Source: an uncultured Christensenella sp. (GTDB lineage: Bacteria; Bacillota; Clostridia; Christensenellales; UBA3700). Taken from it: DNA of 64,000 nt. The translations under genes were made by a program, and so were the position numbers. Positions 63,341 to 64,000 of this stretch are shown piece after piece. The stretch is taken from the NCBI GenBank assembly GCA_949290515.1, contig CASERZ010000003.1, positions 2,961-66,960 of the forward strand, read 5' to 3'. Positions within the stretch are counted from its first letter, which is position 1, and each line of letters begins with the position of its first letter. Under the pieces are notes generated by a model. The model was not told the origin of the DNA. It searched no databases and saw only the letters and a program-made list of their open reading frames with translations.

Positions 63341-63358
63341 TATCACCGAGGAAAAAAT

Positions 63359-64000
63359 ATGCAAAATCTTACTTCAAAACTCAAATTATACGATATATCA
63401 AATACTATACTGGAAAGATTCGTAAAACTGTCGCAAAACTCTCAGGAAGTCAATCTCAACAATACTTTGGGGGATTTGATGGACTTTGCAAATACGCACG
63501 CAGTAAGAGGCAACAGCTGGCATTATTATATAGCTTATTTCATTGCAAGCGACGTCAACGCTTTTTCGCTTGCCTACGAGCGCAGAGAAGGCGTAGAAGG
63601 CTCGCTTAAGGACATTGCCTATGACGATTGCAAAATCCTTATGGAGATTTTCAACTACCGTCTGGAAAGTATAAACCGAATCGGAGATACGGCACAATAC
63701 ATTACAAAATTCAAAAGCACTCTGTTGACTTCTGCTAAACCCTATGCAGATTTGATTGCCGTATTTACTGCAAAACTCGAAAAATGCAATTCGGCAACCT
63801 CTTTTCTCGATTGCATAATAGATTTTTACAGAACTTACGGCGTAGGCGAATTGGGACTCAATAAGGCCTTCAGAGTAGTAGCAAAAGACAGTCTTCCTCA
63901 AAAGAAGATTACGCACCACTCTTCTCAGCTTCTGCCTATCACGAGTATGGATTCAAAACTTCTCAAAGACTTGGTCGGCTACGAATTGCAAAAGCAGAAA
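63359..64000 (+). CDS. DUF815-family AAA-type ATP-binding protein, 5' part (continues beyond window end)
   Basis: Own translation after GAGGAAAAAAT: MQNLTSKLKLYDISNTILERF...NSWHYYIAYFIASDVNAFSL...DFYRTYGVGELGLNKAFRV...LKDLVGYELQKQK, open to the last base. The L-x-G-Y-E-x-QK segment precedes the Walker A in DUF815 proteins. Not in the ORF track because no stop is reached. Confidence 0.65.
   Translation, partial: MQNLTSKLKLYDISNTILERFVKLSQNSQEVNLNNTLGDLMDFANTHAVRGNSWHYYIAYFIASDVNAFSLAYERREGVEGSLKDIAYDDCKILMEIFNYRLESINRIGDTAQYITKFKSTLLTSAKPYADLIAVFTAKLEKCNSATSFLDCIIDFYRTYGVGELGLNKAFRVVAKDSLPQKKITHHSSQLLPITSMDSKLLKDLVGYELQKQK

Noticed and set aside
62944-63919. ORFs 62944..63276, 63029..63256 (minus strand) and 63398..63919 (minus strand).
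   Set aside because: The first two lie wholly within the repeat units and are produced by the repeats themselves. The third is antisense to the DUF815 ATPase frame, which has an RBS, a promoter and family-like sequence.
1-64000. Genomic island or mobile-element status of the giant-protein locus or the glycan locus; also tRNA and rRNA genes.
   Set aside because: I found no integrase, transposase, recombinase, phage or conjugation genes. There are no flanking long direct repeats or tRNA genes, and no cloverleaf-like or rRNA-like sequence.

Overview
64-kb chromosomal window that looks like a Firmicutes/Clostridia-type bacterium: GGAGG-type RBSs, stem-loop plus T-tract terminators, veg, and a DUF3794-LysM sporulation-type gene. 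I saw no rRNA, tRNA, CRISPR array, transposase, integrase or phage genes.

Layout:
- (i) 1-17.0 kb: glycan-utilisation locus on the minus strand. It holds GH36 (interrupted), GH35, a clan GH-D-like enzyme, a beta-helix GH110-like protein, GH95, an AraC regulator, a second GH36, a GPH-type sugar symporter and a secreted lipoprotein. Several genes here look disrupted or truncated.
- (ii) 17.0-18.0 kb: repeat-laden non-coding DNA.
- (iii) 18-33 kb: housekeeping genes (pilT, mgsA, ispE, veg, DUF3794-LysM, aldo-keto reductase, NUDIX, metH, metF, VOC/glyoxalase, leuS, serS, DUF1624 membrane protein).
- (iv) 33.4-38.3 kb: BspA-type LRR surface protein and two flavoprotein oxidoreductases.
- (v) 38.6-60.5 kb: an OmpR-type two-component system, then its own terminator, then a 690-bp AT-rich leader with phased direct repeats, then three very large envelope-anchored proteins (2635, 1800 and 1917 aa, about 19.2 kb).
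- (vi) 61.4-64 kb: SH3-NlpC/P60 lipoprotein, a second repeat-laden intergenic region, and the 5' part of a DUF815 AAA-type ATPase.

Most notable observations:
- The two-component system plus giant-protein locus. The N-terminal ~1650 aa of the lipoprotein consist of repeated modules I cannot assign to any family.
- An in-frame membrane-anchor/lipobox junction inside the 1917-aa ORF.
- Two intergenic repeat families. One is a 39-41 bp perfect hairpin (5 copies). The other is a ~115-130 bp element with three nested helices that are kept by compensatory changes between copies.
- A run of apparently broken genes in the glycan locus.

All functional calls come from reading motifs in the translations. 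No database search was possible.
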